Notes: generated by a model not told the origin, from the letters alone. A stretch of 33,618 nt of DNA from an uncultured Candidatus Saccharibacteria bacterium (GCA_964534105.1 CAZHOF010000002.1:1-33618); one strand, 5' to 3'. Shown: positions 7,734-17,646, counted from the stretch's first letter. Numbers and translations are program-made.

Positions 7734-8693
7734 CTATCGTACCGCAGGCGACCCCTCAAGCGCCGGCTTCGGGAAAAAATCCTCGTCAATAGTGCGATCA
7801 AAGCAGGTCTCGCCCGCTTCATGTTCCCACGACATCACGCTGCCGTATTCGTACCGTGCGGGAGTTGTGTCCACCTTAAGTGAAGGCAACGAAAACGTCG
7901 TGCAGAGAGAAAATTCCTGATCTCCCGTCACCTCATAGCCGTATGCCTCCGAAGTTTTGGGATCAACGGGCACCGAAACACTGCGGAGCGGATCCTCCAG
8001 GTTGGAAAGATCTTGGGGTAATACCTCCTTCTGCTGCCAGTAATAAACTATCTGATTCTGAAGATACTGCAGATCACTCACGCGCCGCTCATCGGATTGC
8101 CGCAAACGTTCCTGTTGGGGCGAACCGGCAACGAAAAATCCGGCGATGACAGCAATAAGAACTCCGGCGATGACAGCAAAGAAAAAGGGACGCACCCAAG
8201 TGGCGTGATCATGGTACGATCTTCGTAAACTCCAGATGTAGTACGCGAAAACAGAACCAGCCACCACAAAGATGGAAAGTACCTTCAGAAGGAAACGGAC
8301 AGTCAGCTCACCGTTCAAAAACTTATAGATAAGCGTGATCAAATCACCCCCGATCAGAAGCGCAACGACAAGAAGTGTGAAATAGACCAGCCATTTTCGT
8401 ACCCGAAGCTCTCGTTTCTCCGGAGAAGAGGAATAAAGACGCTCCAAAAAACGGGTAATCCAGATATAGACCGGAAAAGCGACGATGAGAGAGGCGAGAG
8501 CGCCGCGGATCAAGCGTCGCGCCTCAAGTGTTGCATAGTACCCGCCTTCAAGAGGGTCCTGAAAACCGAGATTAATGTATTGGAATAAAAGGATGAGCAG
8601 TGCCGTTGCACTTGCGTACAAACCGACCATAGCAAGGATATGGAAGAAAACATCGCGGGCTCCGCTCTCACTGTGTGATAAAGATGACGGCAT
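7734..8693 (-). CDS. DUF5671-like multi-pass membrane protein with a pilin-like C-terminal globular domain
   Basis: N-terminus ..ARDVFFHILAMVGLYASATALLILLFQYINLGFQDPL matches my memory of DUF5671. The C-terminus RRVSDLQYLQNQIVYYWQQKEVLPQDL..PVDPKT..YGYEV..FSLC follows the pseudopilin/pilin head pattern. ATG at 8693 avoids overlap with hpf; ATG 8753 and TTG 8768 are alternatives. Confidence 0.7.
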   Translation of the reverse strand: MPSSLSHSESGARDVFFHILAMVGLYASATALLILLFQYINLGFQDPLEGGYYATLEARRLIRGALASLIVAFPVYIWITRFLERLYSSSPEKRELRVRKWLVYFTLLVVALLIGGDLITLIYKFLNGELTVRFLLKVLSIFVVAGSVFAYYIWSLRRSYHDHATWVRPFFFAVIAGVLIAVIAGFFVAGSPQQERLRQSDERRVSDLQYLQNQIVYYWQQKEVLPQDLSNLEDPLRSVSVPVDPKTSEAYGYEVTGDQEFSLCTTFSLPSLKVDTTPARYEYGSVMSWEHEAGETCFDRTIDEDFFPKPALEGSPAVR

Positions 8694-8709
8694 AAAAAGG
8701 TTTTTTAAT

Positions 8710-9054
8710 TTATTTGTTACGGGTTCGACGTTGGGTTCGATTAGTTGCCTCATTTTTGTACGAGGCAATATTGTTTTTTAAAATGTCACGGATTCGGTCA
8801 ATAGCGGATCGGATATCCTCGTCTTTGTGTTCCGCGCGCAGAATGGTACCCGGCAGCTCAAGCGTTGCCTCGGCGTAAAAAACATCGCCCGATTTATGAT
8901 GCCTGGTTGAGCGGGCAAGTTCGACAAACACCGTCCGCTCTCCCTCTTTTTCAAAACGCCTCAAAAATCGCTCCAAGGTACCGATCTTTTCCTCTGCGTA
9001 TTGCCGAACAGAAGGCGTAAGATCCAATCGTGTTCCCTGGATATCAATCTTCAT
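8710..9054 (-). CDS. hpf: ribosome hibernation promoting factor / RaiA family (short form)
   Basis: 114 aa, MKIDIQGTRLDLTPSVRQYAEEKIGTLERF.., typical of the S30AE/sigma-54 modulation protein family. It has no long C-terminal dimerisation domain. Confidence 0.85.
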   Translation of the reverse strand: MKIDIQGTRLDLTPSVRQYAEEKIGTLERFLRRFEKEGERTVFVELARSTRHHKSGDVFYAEATLELPGTILRAEHKDEDIRSAIDRIRDILKNNIASYKNEATNRTQRRTRNK

Positions 9055-9069
9055 ACGTACCCGTTTATA

Positions 9070-9480
9070 TTATAACCAAAGAAAAGCAATGATAAAAATA
9101 GCAATCGAAATAAGAGCGGAGCCGAAACACCAGGTACACCTGCTGTGCAACACGAAAAATTGGATTCCGGAAAGAATACACGCGGCAACTGCCGAGGCAA
9201 GCGATGCAAAAAAGAACACGAGCCCGAGCGGAGAAAAGAAAGTATCGGGAAAGAGAAGAAAAGCAGCGGAAACCAAAACCACAAAGAGGTAGTACGACAT
9301 TCCGTATATCTCAAGAGGAATTCCCAGAAAACGAGAGTAGCGGCTCCGCATCACCTCATCGCAGTTTCCATCCAAGGGGCAGACAAGCGAAACGTCATCG
9401 TGCTTACTCCACCAAATGGAAAGCGCTAGCGCGAGCCCTAAGACCCCGAGGGCTATTTCAAATACGAGCGCTATGGTCAT
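9070..9480 (-). CDS. vitamin K epoxide reductase (VKOR) family protein
   Basis: Four predicted TM segments, a loop Cys pair (CPLDGNC) and an active-site CxxC (CTWC). Confidence 0.8.
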   Translation of the reverse strand: MTIALVFEIALGVLGLALALSIWWSKHDDVSLVCPLDGNCDEVMRSRYSRFLGIPLEIYGMSYYLFVVLVSAAFLLFPDTFFSPLGLVFFFASLASAVAACILSGIQFFVLHSRCTWCFGSALISIAIFIIAFLWL

Positions 9481-9483
9481 CGT

Positions 9484-9702
9484 CTATTCGGGACGCGGCG
9501 ATTTTTTCTTCCGTTCACTCCAAATGAAAATATAAAGAATTTCAAGAACCGCCGCGGTGTTGACAACAAGAAGGGCAAGAAACCACCAACGGTCACGCAG
9601 GCGCGCGGCTTTCCATAACGCATACCCCTTCCATGGCAACGTCCACAATAAAAGCACGAACAACGTCCACGTCCACTGTTCCTGCGTTAAAAACTGCTCC
9701 AT
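9484..9702 (-). CDS. DUF5652-like small membrane protein
   Basis: ..LLLWTLPWKGYALWKAARLRDRWWFLALLVVNTAAVLEILYIF matches the family as I remember it. ATG at 9702 is 6 nt downstream of TGTTATACT (-10 at 9709-9714), suggesting a leaderless start. The track start at 9720 is TTG. Confidence 0.7.
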   Translation of the reverse strand: MEQFLTQEQWTWTLFVLLLWTLPWKGYALWKAARLRDRWWFLALLVVNTAAVLEILYIFIWSERKKKSPRPE

Positions 9703-9850
9703 AGACATAGTATAACACAAAAATGGGAGAACCTATCCCGAGACAACAGAAACATTCTCGATTATTTCCAATTTCTATCTTCCACTGATTAACATCTTAC
9801 TGTCCTAGCCAGGATTCCAAATCCTTCACGCTTTTCACCTCAACGGAAAA

Positions 9851-10753
9851 TCATGAAGCAAGAAAGTCCTCGAAAAGGGGTTGTGCTTCGCCTCCGCGGC
9901 TCACCTCCAAAATGAGCTGGAAAAAAGGGGGCGTCTTTACTTCCTCCTGCTGGAACAGCTTCTCAAACGCCGCAAGCGAATGAGATCCTTCACTTGTAAA
10001 TGAGAGCGTCCCCGTTGCTCCAATACTCTCTCCCGCCATTCTGTTGCGAGAGTGGGGGCTAAAACAGGTTGCGATGAAATCACCGGCACCGGCAACACCG
10101 AGCGCAGTAGAGCGTTTTCCCCCGAGTTTCGAGACAAGCGCCGCCATTTCTCCTAAAGCACAAGACACGAGAACACCTTTGGCATTATTCCCTAATCGAA
10201 TCCCGTCGGCTATCCCGATACCGAAAGAATAAACGTTCTTCAAAACCCCGGAGAGCGCAACACCGTGCGCATCAGCTGAATACGAAAGCGAAAGCGGAGT
10301 GCCGCGAAAAACTTTACGAAGTATGCGCAGAGCCTCTCTGCTCCGGGAAGCCACAACTCCGCCTCCCGGGAGCCCCTCGGAGAGCTCCCGCGCAAGCATC
10401 GGGCCGCTCAAGAGCGCCCACAGTACCCGCGGTGGCAACGTCTCATCACAAACAATGTCCATGGTTTTCGAAGAGTTCTCTTCCAGTCCCTTTGAAAGCA
10501 CGACGGCAAGTGTCCCGTCGGCAAAAAACTCACCGGCTTCCTGAAGCGCCTTCCGCACTGCCCAAGAAGGAACGCAGAAAAAGACAACCGGAGCCCCGGC
10601 AACGGTCTCGTGAAGGGATCCCTGATCGGGAACTTTGGTCGCGTCTTTATCGTAAAGTGAGCACCGAACCGATTTTTTTTCGCGAAGCACGTGAGCAACA
10701 GCCTGCCCCAAGGCACCTGCACCAACAATTGCAATATGCGTCGAGCGACTCAT
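9851..10753 (-). CDS. gpsA: NAD(P)H-dependent glycerol-3-phosphate dehydrogenase
   Basis: N-terminal Rossmann motif IAIVGAGALGQA, and length and layout typical of GpsA. Confidence 0.8.
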   Translation of the reverse strand: MSRSTHIAIVGAGALGQAVAHVLREKKSVRCSLYDKDATKVPDQGSLHETVAGAPVVFFCVPSWAVRKALQEAGEFFADGTLAVVLSKGLEENSSKTMDIVCDETLPPRVLWALLSGPMLARELSEGLPGGGVVASRSREALRILRKVFRGTPLSLSYSADAHGVALSGVLKNVYSFGIGIADGIRLGNNAKGVLVSCALGEMAALVSKLGGKRSTALGVAGAGDFIATCFSPHSRNRMAGESIGATGTLSFTSEGSHSLAAFEKLFQQEEVKTPPFFQLILEVSRGGEAQPLFEDFLAS

Positions 10754-10758
10754 GTAGT

Positions 10759-11964
10759 TTATTCGTAAAGCCGGATAAGTTCGTTGAACTTGCTCATTCG
10801 TTCGCGTACGGGTGCGCCGATCTTCACGCCGAAAACATTCCCGGCTTTTGCAAGATGAATGATAAAAGGATCATCCGTTTCGCCGGATCGGTGCGAAACA
10901 ATCGCGCGCAGACCCGAGGAGTGGGCCGCAAGAATGGATGCACACGCCTCGCTCACCGTACCAACCTGGTTTGGCTTGATAATAACTCCCGAGATCGCGT
11001 TCTGTTTCGCAACCTCACGAATAGTATCGCAGTGCGTCGTGGTAAGATCATCGCCTATAATAAGTTTCTCGGGGAATGTGTTTTGAAGGGTACGGAAATG
11101 CTCCGCGTCGTCTTCATGGAAGGGATCCTCTATGGAGAAAAGTAATTTCGATTTCCCGAAGGCATTTGCATACCAATCAGCAAGCCATTGGGCATTCCTC
11201 TTCTTTCCTTCCCATGCGTATGTTTTATGGTCCGAGTCCCAGAAAGCGGAAGCAGCGACATCCAAACCGATAAGAAGTTCGTCCTCGAGACCAAGAGCGT
11301 TGATGGCAAATTCAAGATGAGTAACCGGATCAAAGTTATGTCTGAAATCAAGCGCGTAACCGCCCTCATCACCGATAGGAAGGATGCTTTTTTTTGTCTT
11401 TTTAAAAAGCGCCGCACCCAAATCGCGATACAACGCGAGCAGTGTTTTTATTTCCTTCGCAACCGCTCTACCGCCCGTTATAACAAGATACTCCTGGATA
11501 TTAAGATTCGTCCTGGCGTGCTTCCCTCCGTTAATCAGGTTTGAAAAAATGCGCGGCGGGGACGTTTCCTCCTTCTTCATCTCCGAAAAAAACTCCTCCC
11601 GAAGCAGCTCCCAAACCGCGACGCCGCGTTCTGCGGAAAGCGCACGGGTAAACGCAACGGAAAGTCCGAGCGCTACGTTGCCCCCGATGCGCTCCTTGCG
11701 CGACGTATCGTCGTGCGCAAAAAGCTCGTGATCAAAAGCGGAAACGGAGGAGAACTCTTTCTTGCAGATATCAGAACGTAACGAATCAAGTGCCGTTTTT
11801 GCTTCCCCGAAAAGGAAGCTTGTTGCTTCGCGGGATCCCCTACTCGCTCCCGCGGGGAGTGAAGCGCGATACTCTTTCTCTCTCACATCAAAAAGAGAAA
11901 CCTCAATCGTTGGATTGCCGCGCGAGTCGAAGATTTCCCGAAGCGCAACATCTCGGATACGCAT
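10759..11964 (-). CDS. eno: enolase (compact, 401 aa)
   Basis: DSRGNPTIEV, GDEGGYA, LDVAASAF, SIEDPF, IGDDL, IIKPNQVGT and SHRSGETDD. The catalytic and metal-binding positions are conserved. Confidence 0.9.
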   Translation of the reverse strand: MRIRDVALREIFDSRGNPTIEVSLFDVREKEYRASLPAGASRGSREATSFLFGEAKTALDSLRSDICKKEFSSVSAFDHELFAHDDTSRKERIGGNVALGLSVAFTRALSAERGVAVWELLREEFFSEMKKEETSPPRIFSNLINGGKHARTNLNIQEYLVITGGRAVAKEIKTLLALYRDLGAALFKKTKKSILPIGDEGGYALDFRHNFDPVTHLEFAINALGLEDELLIGLDVAASAFWDSDHKTYAWEGKKRNAQWLADWYANAFGKSKLLFSIEDPFHEDDAEHFRTLQNTFPEKLIIGDDLTTTHCDTIREVAKQNAISGVIIKPNQVGTVSEACASILAAHSSGLRAIVSHRSGETDDPFIIHLAKAGNVFGVKIGAPVRERMSKFNELIRLYE

Positions 11965-11968
11965 ACGT

Positions 11969-12976
11969 TTACTCGTCCGGAATGACGTTTAAAGGCGATC
12001 CTTTGAGAAAACCGCGGATATTCTCAAGCGTGGTGTCTAAAATCCGCTCAAGCGCCTCCTTGGTATTGAAAGCATTATGGGGCGTAATCAAAACATTCGG
12101 CATATGCATCAACTCGTGATTCTGTAGTACCGTCCTCATGGATTCCGCATCGAGGTCGGGGGGTAAAAAATCATGTTCGGTTTTTGTAGCACGCTCTTCC
12201 TCGAGTACATCAAGACCTGCGCCCGCAAGAATTCCCTCCTTGAGGGCCTGCACCAACGCCTGCGTTTCAACAACTCCGCCCCGCGAGGTATTCACCAAAA
12301 AAGCACCCCGCTTGATCTGACGAATTGTTTCCCGGTTGATAAGATGATGCGTACTTTTATTGTATGGAACATGGAGCGTGATAACGTCCGCCGCTCCTAA
12401 AACCTCCTCCAAGGGCGCATAGGAAAAACCAACCTCCTGCGCCGCTTTTTCATTCGGGTAAAGATCGAAGGCAACTACAGTCATGCCGAAACCCTTTGCA
12501 ATACGCGCAACCCAAAGCCCGATCCTTCCGGTGCCGACAAGTCCGAGCGTCTTATTGTTCAAATCAATACCGCGCAGATGCTTCAGATCAAACGACTCCG
12601 CCTCTTTAATCTGGTCAACGGCAAGATATACCCTTCGTGTGAGATTTAAAATCAAACCGAAGGTAAACTCGGCAACGGTATTCATCCCGTAATTCGGGAC
12701 ATAGGAAACGGTAATACCGCGCTCCTTACAAAGCGGGGCATTGATGTGATCGAAACCTGTTGAGCGCGTAGTAATGAAGCGGAGCTTCGGCAAAGCATCG
12801 AGAACAGCTGTATCAATCTTCGATTCAACGAATACCGAGAGAACCTCGATTTCGCGCGATTCAGGAAGGTGATCCGCATTCAGTTTTTCCCGTGAAAGCG
12901 TAAGTTCTGCATCAGGAAAAGCATCTCGAATAAGTTTTTCCTCCCACCCTTCCAGCTCAAAGAATGCTACGTTCAT
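11969..12976 (-). CDS. D-isomer-specific 2-hydroxyacid dehydrogenase (D-lactate / glycerate dehydrogenase-like)
   Basis: NAD-binding motif GLVGTGRIGLWVA, and catalytic-region motifs LVNTSRG and ITPHNAF. The start shares one nucleotide with the ppsA stop (TAATG). Confidence 0.8.
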   Translation of the reverse strand: MNVAFFELEGWEEKLIRDAFPDAELTLSREKLNADHLPESREIEVLSVFVESKIDTAVLDALPKLRFITTRSTGFDHINAPLCKERGITVSYVPNYGMNTVAEFTFGLILNLTRRVYLAVDQIKEAESFDLKHLRGIDLNNKTLGLVGTGRIGLWVARIAKGFGMTVVAFDLYPNEKAAQEVGFSYAPLEEVLGAADVITLHVPYNKSTHHLINRETIRQIKRGAFLVNTSRGGVVETQALVQALKEGILAGAGLDVLEEERATKTEHDFLPPDLDAESMRTVLQNHELMHMPNVLITPHNAFNTKEALERILDTTLENIRGFLKGSPLNVIPDE

Positions 12977-15417
12977 TATGTTTTCATGTTTCTTCTGCGG
13001 CCCGACTTCGACCGCTCACTTTTCGCAATGCGCATAATGGTCTTCACTACAACATCGGGATTCAAAGAAATGCTCTCGATCCCCTCCTTTACCAAAAATT
13101 CCGAAAAGCCGGGGATGTCCGAGGGCGCCTGTCCGCAAATACCGATGTACTTTCCGCGTCTCCTCGCCGCGCGAATTGCCTGGGCAATAAGTTCCCGAAC
13201 CGCCGGATCGTCCTCATTCGCAATGCCGCGCACAAGCTCGCTCGCATCGCGGTCAATACCAACCGTAAGTTGTGTAAGATCATTCGACCCGATACTCATC
13301 CCGTCAAAAATATCCAGGAAAGCATCAGCCAGTACTACATTCGACGGTATCTCGCACATAACATACACCTTGAGCGTCTTATCCCGCTTCCTGCTTAAAC
13401 CGTGTTTCTCCATCGTCTTCAATACCCGCCTGCCCTCCTCGGGCGTGCGACAGAACGGAATCATGGGAATTACATTGGTAAGCCCCATCTCCTCGCGTAC
13501 CTTCTTCAACGCCTGTACCTCAAGCGCGAATGCCGGCGCGAAAGCGGGATGATAATAACGCGAAGCGCCGCGCCACCCGATCATGGGATTTTCCTCCGAC
13601 GGTTCATATAAATCCCCGCCGATTAGCGTCCGATACTCATTGGTCTTAAAATCGGAAAAGCGCACGATAACGGGCTTCGGATAGAAAGCCGCGGCGATCA
13701 TCGCAATGCCGAAGGAAAGCTTGTCTACATAGTACTCCTTTCCATTTTTCCATCCCCGGATTCGCTCCCGGATACGTTTCTGCAGCCGGGCGTCGTCTGC
13801 CCCCTTCTTACCATCCCCGAGAAGCGCCATTGGATGAATACCGATACTTGAAGCGATAATGAACTCCTCCCGGGCAAGTCCGACTCCCGCATTCGGGAGA
13901 AACGATTTTTCGAAAGCGGTTTCTGGTGTCGCGATATTCATCATCACCTTCGTTTTAGTTTTCGGAATACGCTTTACATTATGTTCTTCAACACGAAATT
14001 GAAGTGCCCCGCGAAAGACCAGCCCATCACTCCCTGAGGTATCCACCGTAAGCGTCTCCCCGGTCTTAATAGCCCGGGTTGCCCGTTCCGTACCCACGAC
14101 ACAAGGAATACCGAGTTCACGCGAAACAATCGCAGCATGCGAAGTTCTCCCCCCCTTATCAGTAACAATAGCCGAAGCGATTTTCATAATCGGCTCCCAG
14201 TCGGGATCCGTCATGTCGGTAACGAGCACCTCCCCCTTCTTGAACTGTTTAATATCCTTCGCATCCATAATAACGCGGGCCTTGCCGACGGCAATCGTGC
14301 TTCCCACAGCGGCTCCGCGAAGCAATGCCTGTTTTTTCTCCGTAAGTTCATATTCGCGCACTTTTGAAAAATCACGGAGCGAGTGAACGGTTTCCGGACG
14401 GGCTTGCACAATGAAAAGCTCTCCCGTCTTGCCATCCTTCGCCCATTCGATATCCATCGGAGTCCAGCGCTTATGCAGCTTTGTGTAATGCTCCTCGATA
14501 GCAACGCCCCAACGCGCAAGCTGAAGCACTTCGTCGTCAGAAAGCACGAACGACGACCGCTCCCGTTCTGAAGTACTTACAATCTTCGTACGCTTGATCC
14601 CCTTCCCTTTGCTGTAGATCATCTTCCGGCTCTTCGTGCCAAGTTGCTTTCCAATAAGAGGACGGTGATTCTTGAGCGTCCCCTTGAACACTTTGAACTC
14701 GTCTGGCGTCACCTCCCCCTGAACCACAAGCTCGCCCAAACCCCAGGCACCGTCCATAAAAACAACGTCTTTAAACCCGGACTCGGTATCAAGAGTAAAA
14801 AGTACGCCGGAAACACCGAGATCGGAACGCACCATCTTCTGCACGCCAACCGAAAGGGCTACCTTAAAATGATCAAAACCCTTGTCCACGCGGTATGAAA
14901 TGGCGCGATTCGTGAAAAGCGATGCCATTGCAGCGCGTATCGCCTCCGAAACGCCGGCAACGCCCTGAATATTCAAAAACGTCTCATGCTGTCCGGCGAA
15001 ACTTGCTCCGGGCAGATCCTCTGCGGTAGCGCTCGAACGCACGGCAACGTCAACGCCCCTGCCGTAACGTTTCTCAAGTGCCGAATACCCCCGCGCAATC
15101 TCTTCACGAAGAACGTTCGGGAATTCCGCCTTCTTGATCGCCGTGCGCACGGCCGATCCCCGCCGCGCAAGATCCGAAAGATTGCGCGTATCAAGTCCCC
15201 GAAGGGTTTTTTTGATGAACGCGGTGAGTCCCGCCTCTTTGAGAAAGAAACGATACGCTGCCGCAGTCACCACAAACCCGTCGGGAATATTGATGCCCTT
15301 CGGCTCCAGAAACTGGATCATCTCGCCCAATGAGGCGTTTTTGCCGCCAACATGGGCAACATCGCCCATGGCAACTTTGCGGAAAGGAAGGATGAATGAT
15401 TCGTTACGATGTGTCAT
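12976..15417 (-). CDS. ppsA: phosphoenolpyruvate synthase (pyruvate, water dikinase)
   Basis: VGGKNASLGEM, phosphohistidine motif GGRTSHAAIVSRELGIPCVVG, and a PEP-utilising C-terminal domain. ATG at 15417; the track start at 15426 is TTG. Confidence 0.92.
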   Translation of the reverse strand: MTHRNESFILPFRKVAMGDVAHVGGKNASLGEMIQFLEPKGINIPDGFVVTAAAYRFFLKEAGLTAFIKKTLRGLDTRNLSDLARRGSAVRTAIKKAEFPNVLREEIARGYSALEKRYGRGVDVAVRSSATAEDLPGASFAGQHETFLNIQGVAGVSEAIRAAMASLFTNRAISYRVDKGFDHFKVALSVGVQKMVRSDLGVSGVLFTLDTESGFKDVVFMDGAWGLGELVVQGEVTPDEFKVFKGTLKNHRPLIGKQLGTKSRKMIYSKGKGIKRTKIVSTSERERSSFVLSDDEVLQLARWGVAIEEHYTKLHKRWTPMDIEWAKDGKTGELFIVQARPETVHSLRDFSKVREYELTEKKQALLRGAAVGSTIAVGKARVIMDAKDIKQFKKGEVLVTDMTDPDWEPIMKIASAIVTDKGGRTSHAAIVSRELGIPCVVGTERATRAIKTGETLTVDTSGSDGLVFRGALQFRVEEHNVKRIPKTKTKVMMNIATPETAFEKSFLPNAGVGLAREEFIIASSIGIHPMALLGDGKKGADDARLQKRIRERIRGWKNGKEYYVDKLSFGIAMIAAAFYPKPVIVRFSDFKTNEYRTLIGGDLYEPSEENPMIGWRGASRYYHPAFAPAFALEVQALKKVREEMGLTNVIPMIPFCRTPEEGRRVLKTMEKHGLSRKRDKTLKVYVMCEIPSNVVLADAFLDIFDGMSIGSNDLTQLTVGIDRDASELVRGIANEDDPAVRELIAQAIRAARRRGKYIGICGQAPSDIPGFSEFLVKEGIESISLNPDVVVKTIMRIAKSERSKSGRRRNMKT

Positions 15418-16702
15418 GAAAAGCAATGATTAAGTCGGAAATGTTCGAGCCGGTCTCTCCCGTCACGATAAAATCGCCGACTCGTGAAAAGAATGAATAC
15501 GCATCGTTGTGCTCAAGAAAATGAGCCGGGTCGAGATGCAGCGCGCTCGCTTTTTGCGCTGTTATTATATCACAGATCGCACCGGCAAAGTCGGTATTAT
15601 CTCTCCCATCCGAAGCAAGAGAAAGAAAAACCTCGCCCGCGTGGATCTCTCGGAGCGCCGACAAAGCACATTCCTGATTTCTTCCCCCCTTCCCGGGAAG
15701 ACGCACGGTAACCGTGGTTTCACCCCCATAAAGCAGGACGGATTTCTCCGGAGTACTGCGCAACTCTTCCAAAATAGTAAGCGCAACGTCACGCGCCTCG
15801 CCGTGAAGCTCGTGCGTCTTAATAACCGACGCAAAACCAAGTTCTTTCGCTCGGTCGCGCATAGCGTGAAGTGCGGTTATATTCGAAACAATAAGAATAT
15901 TATGAACATCGGTGAAAAAACGTTCTTCTTTCGGGGTTTCAAGAAGTGATTCCTTGGGAAGTGCGCAACTCGTGCGCACCTCGTAGCGATCAAGGATGGC
16001 TTCCGCATCGGCAACCGTAGTCGTATCGCGCACCGTAGGACCCGAGGCGATGAATGAGAGATCGTCCCCGGGAACATCGGAAAAAATAAGGGAGATAATC
16101 CGGGCCGGAAAAGCGTGCTTCGCAAGCTGACCGCCGCGGGCAAGGGAAAGATGTTTGCGAATAGTATTGATTTCACGGATATCGGCGCCGGCGCGGAAAA
16201 GACACTTCAGGACATCGGCCTCAAGATTGCAGTGCATGCCTTGGGGAGAACAGAGAAGCGTAGATCCTCCGCCGGAGATTACGGCAAGTACGAGATCGCG
16301 CTCTGAAAGATGGGATAAAAGATCGATGAGCTCACCGGTTGCGGAGACATTCCGTTCCGTAGGAAAGGGGTGATCCCCGGTGTACGTCTTGATCCGCTTA
16401 AGAGAACCGGCATGTACGTCAATCACCATGCCGCCTGAAACGTGATCCCCGAGAATCTCCTCAAGGGCCCCCGCGGCTTCAAGCGAGCATTTTCCCACGC
16501 CGACAACGAAAATACGGTCGATATCTTCAAGGGGAAAAGCTTCCCCGCGAACAACGAGTTCCTTCTCGTTAAGCGCAACTTCACGACGGATAACGGAGCG
16601 GGTATCAATCGCCTGAAGCCCCGCTTCGGCGATATCCAAGACCGCCTTGCGCGCAGGCGTACTACCCAACTCCGCACTATTCTGAATCTTCCGATTTCCC
16701 AT
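15404..16702 (-). CDS. glycerate 2-kinase / hydroxypyruvate reductase-like (DUF4147 + MOFRL family)
   Basis: 432 aa with the layout of the TtuD/GckA family (..VVGVGKCS.., ..ISGGGSTLL.., ..LYGGETTV.., ..LASDGRDN..). Confidence 0.75.
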   Translation of the reverse strand: MGNRKIQNSAELGSTPARKAVLDIAEAGLQAIDTRSVIRREVALNEKELVVRGEAFPLEDIDRIFVVGVGKCSLEAAGALEEILGDHVSGGMVIDVHAGSLKRIKTYTGDHPFPTERNVSATGELIDLLSHLSERDLVLAVISGGGSTLLCSPQGMHCNLEADVLKCLFRAGADIREINTIRKHLSLARGGQLAKHAFPARIISLIFSDVPGDDLSFIASGPTVRDTTTVADAEAILDRYEVRTSCALPKESLLETPKEERFFTDVHNILIVSNITALHAMRDRAKELGFASVIKTHELHGEARDVALTILEELRSTPEKSVLLYGGETTVTVRLPGKGGRNQECALSALREIHAGEVFLSLASDGRDNTDFAGAICDIITAQKASALHLDPAHFLEHNDAYSFFSRVGDFIVTGETGSNISDLIIAFHDTS

Positions 16703-16763
16703 TCCTTATTATTGTAGCGGGAAAGAAGAACACAGAACAGAGCAGGTGCAAACGCGAAGAAAA

Positions 16764-17132
16764 CTAATTTGGAAGAGAACAGCCCGTCTCTGCCGCAAGA
16801 GCTTCAAAACTTTGAAGACCGATCGCCTTCTTCTCATTGGGGAAAAGCCAGATGGGGGTCACATCAATACCGTCGGCAACGCAGCGGTCCGGTTCCTGCG
16901 TACACTCCACATAAGAAATGAAGCGAAACGAATCGCCGAAAAGCTGTTTCTGCTTCCGGCAAAATGAGCAGGAATACGTGCCGTACATTACCGCGCCGCG
17001 GTCGGAAAGACACTGCGCAAAAGCATCAAGCGAAATATTATTCCCCTCTGTGTTCACCTCTTGAAACGCAAGAATGACAACAATAAAAAGAATGGCGATA
17101 ACAACGCCAAGTGTAATATGAGTTTTACTCAT
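16764..17132 (-). CDS. membrane-anchored thioredoxin-fold protein (CxxC = CSFC)
   Basis: An N-terminal TM helix followed by ..GAVMYGTYSCSFCRKQKQLFG... ATG at 17132 overlaps the upstream gene by 8 nt. Confidence 0.7.
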   Translation of the reverse strand: MSKTHITLGVVIAILFIVVILAFQEVNTEGNNISLDAFAQCLSDRGAVMYGTYSCSFCRKQKQLFGDSFRFISYVECTQEPDRCVADGIDVTPIWLFPNEKKAIGLQSFEALAAETGCSLPN

Positions 17133-17646
17133 CGCAGCAATCAACAAGTTTTTCTACAATGTCCTCGAACGTCCACGGCTTTTGAGAACCGTTATCGTGA
17201 CGGTTAAGTTGATCATCCCGTATCTTCTTGAGACCGGAGGTATCTAAAAGCTTCAGACGAATAGCCCAGAAAAGCGAATAGATGCGGTAGGCATGGGAAA
17301 ACATTTCTTTTGCTTCCTTCTTTTTTCCCTCACCCTGAAACTTCGTACCAACCTCGAGAACACGCATTGAAGCGGCGAGAAGGTGTTTCGTAATGCACCA
17401 CGTTTCTCCCTCATGCTGATCAATAAGGCGCCCGAGAAGATCCTTGCGGATTTCCCTAATCTCCTTTAAAAAATCAAGATACTTTTCCTTTCCGGTTTTC
17501 TCAGCGGTAAAGAAAAAATGTTCTTCCAAACTCACAAGATTCATCACGGCAATCGAAAGATCCTCTTCCATGGAAAGATCGATTTTCCCCTCCTTCTTGA
17601 GCTCTTCCACTTTTTTGACTATCTTCCTGAATTGGTCCTCATGCAT
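17125..17646 (-). CDS. hypothetical cytoplasmic helical protein, 173 aa, ending ..VDCCDE
   Basis: Clean ATG-initiated ORF with no TM segment, sandwiched between the CcdA-like and Trx-like genes and coupled to them. No family recognised. Confidence 0.7.
   Translation of the reverse strand: MHEDQFRKIVKKVEELKKEGKIDLSMEEDLSIAVMNLVSLEEHFFFTAEKTGKEKYLDFLKEIREIRKDLLGRLIDQHEGETWCITKHLLAASMRVLEVGTKFQGEGKKKEAKEMFSHAYRIYSLFWAIRLKLLDTSGLKKIRDDQLNRHDNGSQKPWTFEDIVEKLVDCCDE

Noticed and set aside
10432-11145. 237-aa plus-strand ORF spanning the gpsA/eno junction, and many similar antisense ORFs inside uvrA, uvrB, ppsA and others
   Set aside because: They are antisense to genes with unmistakable family motifs and have low-complexity Arg/Ser/Pro-rich translations.
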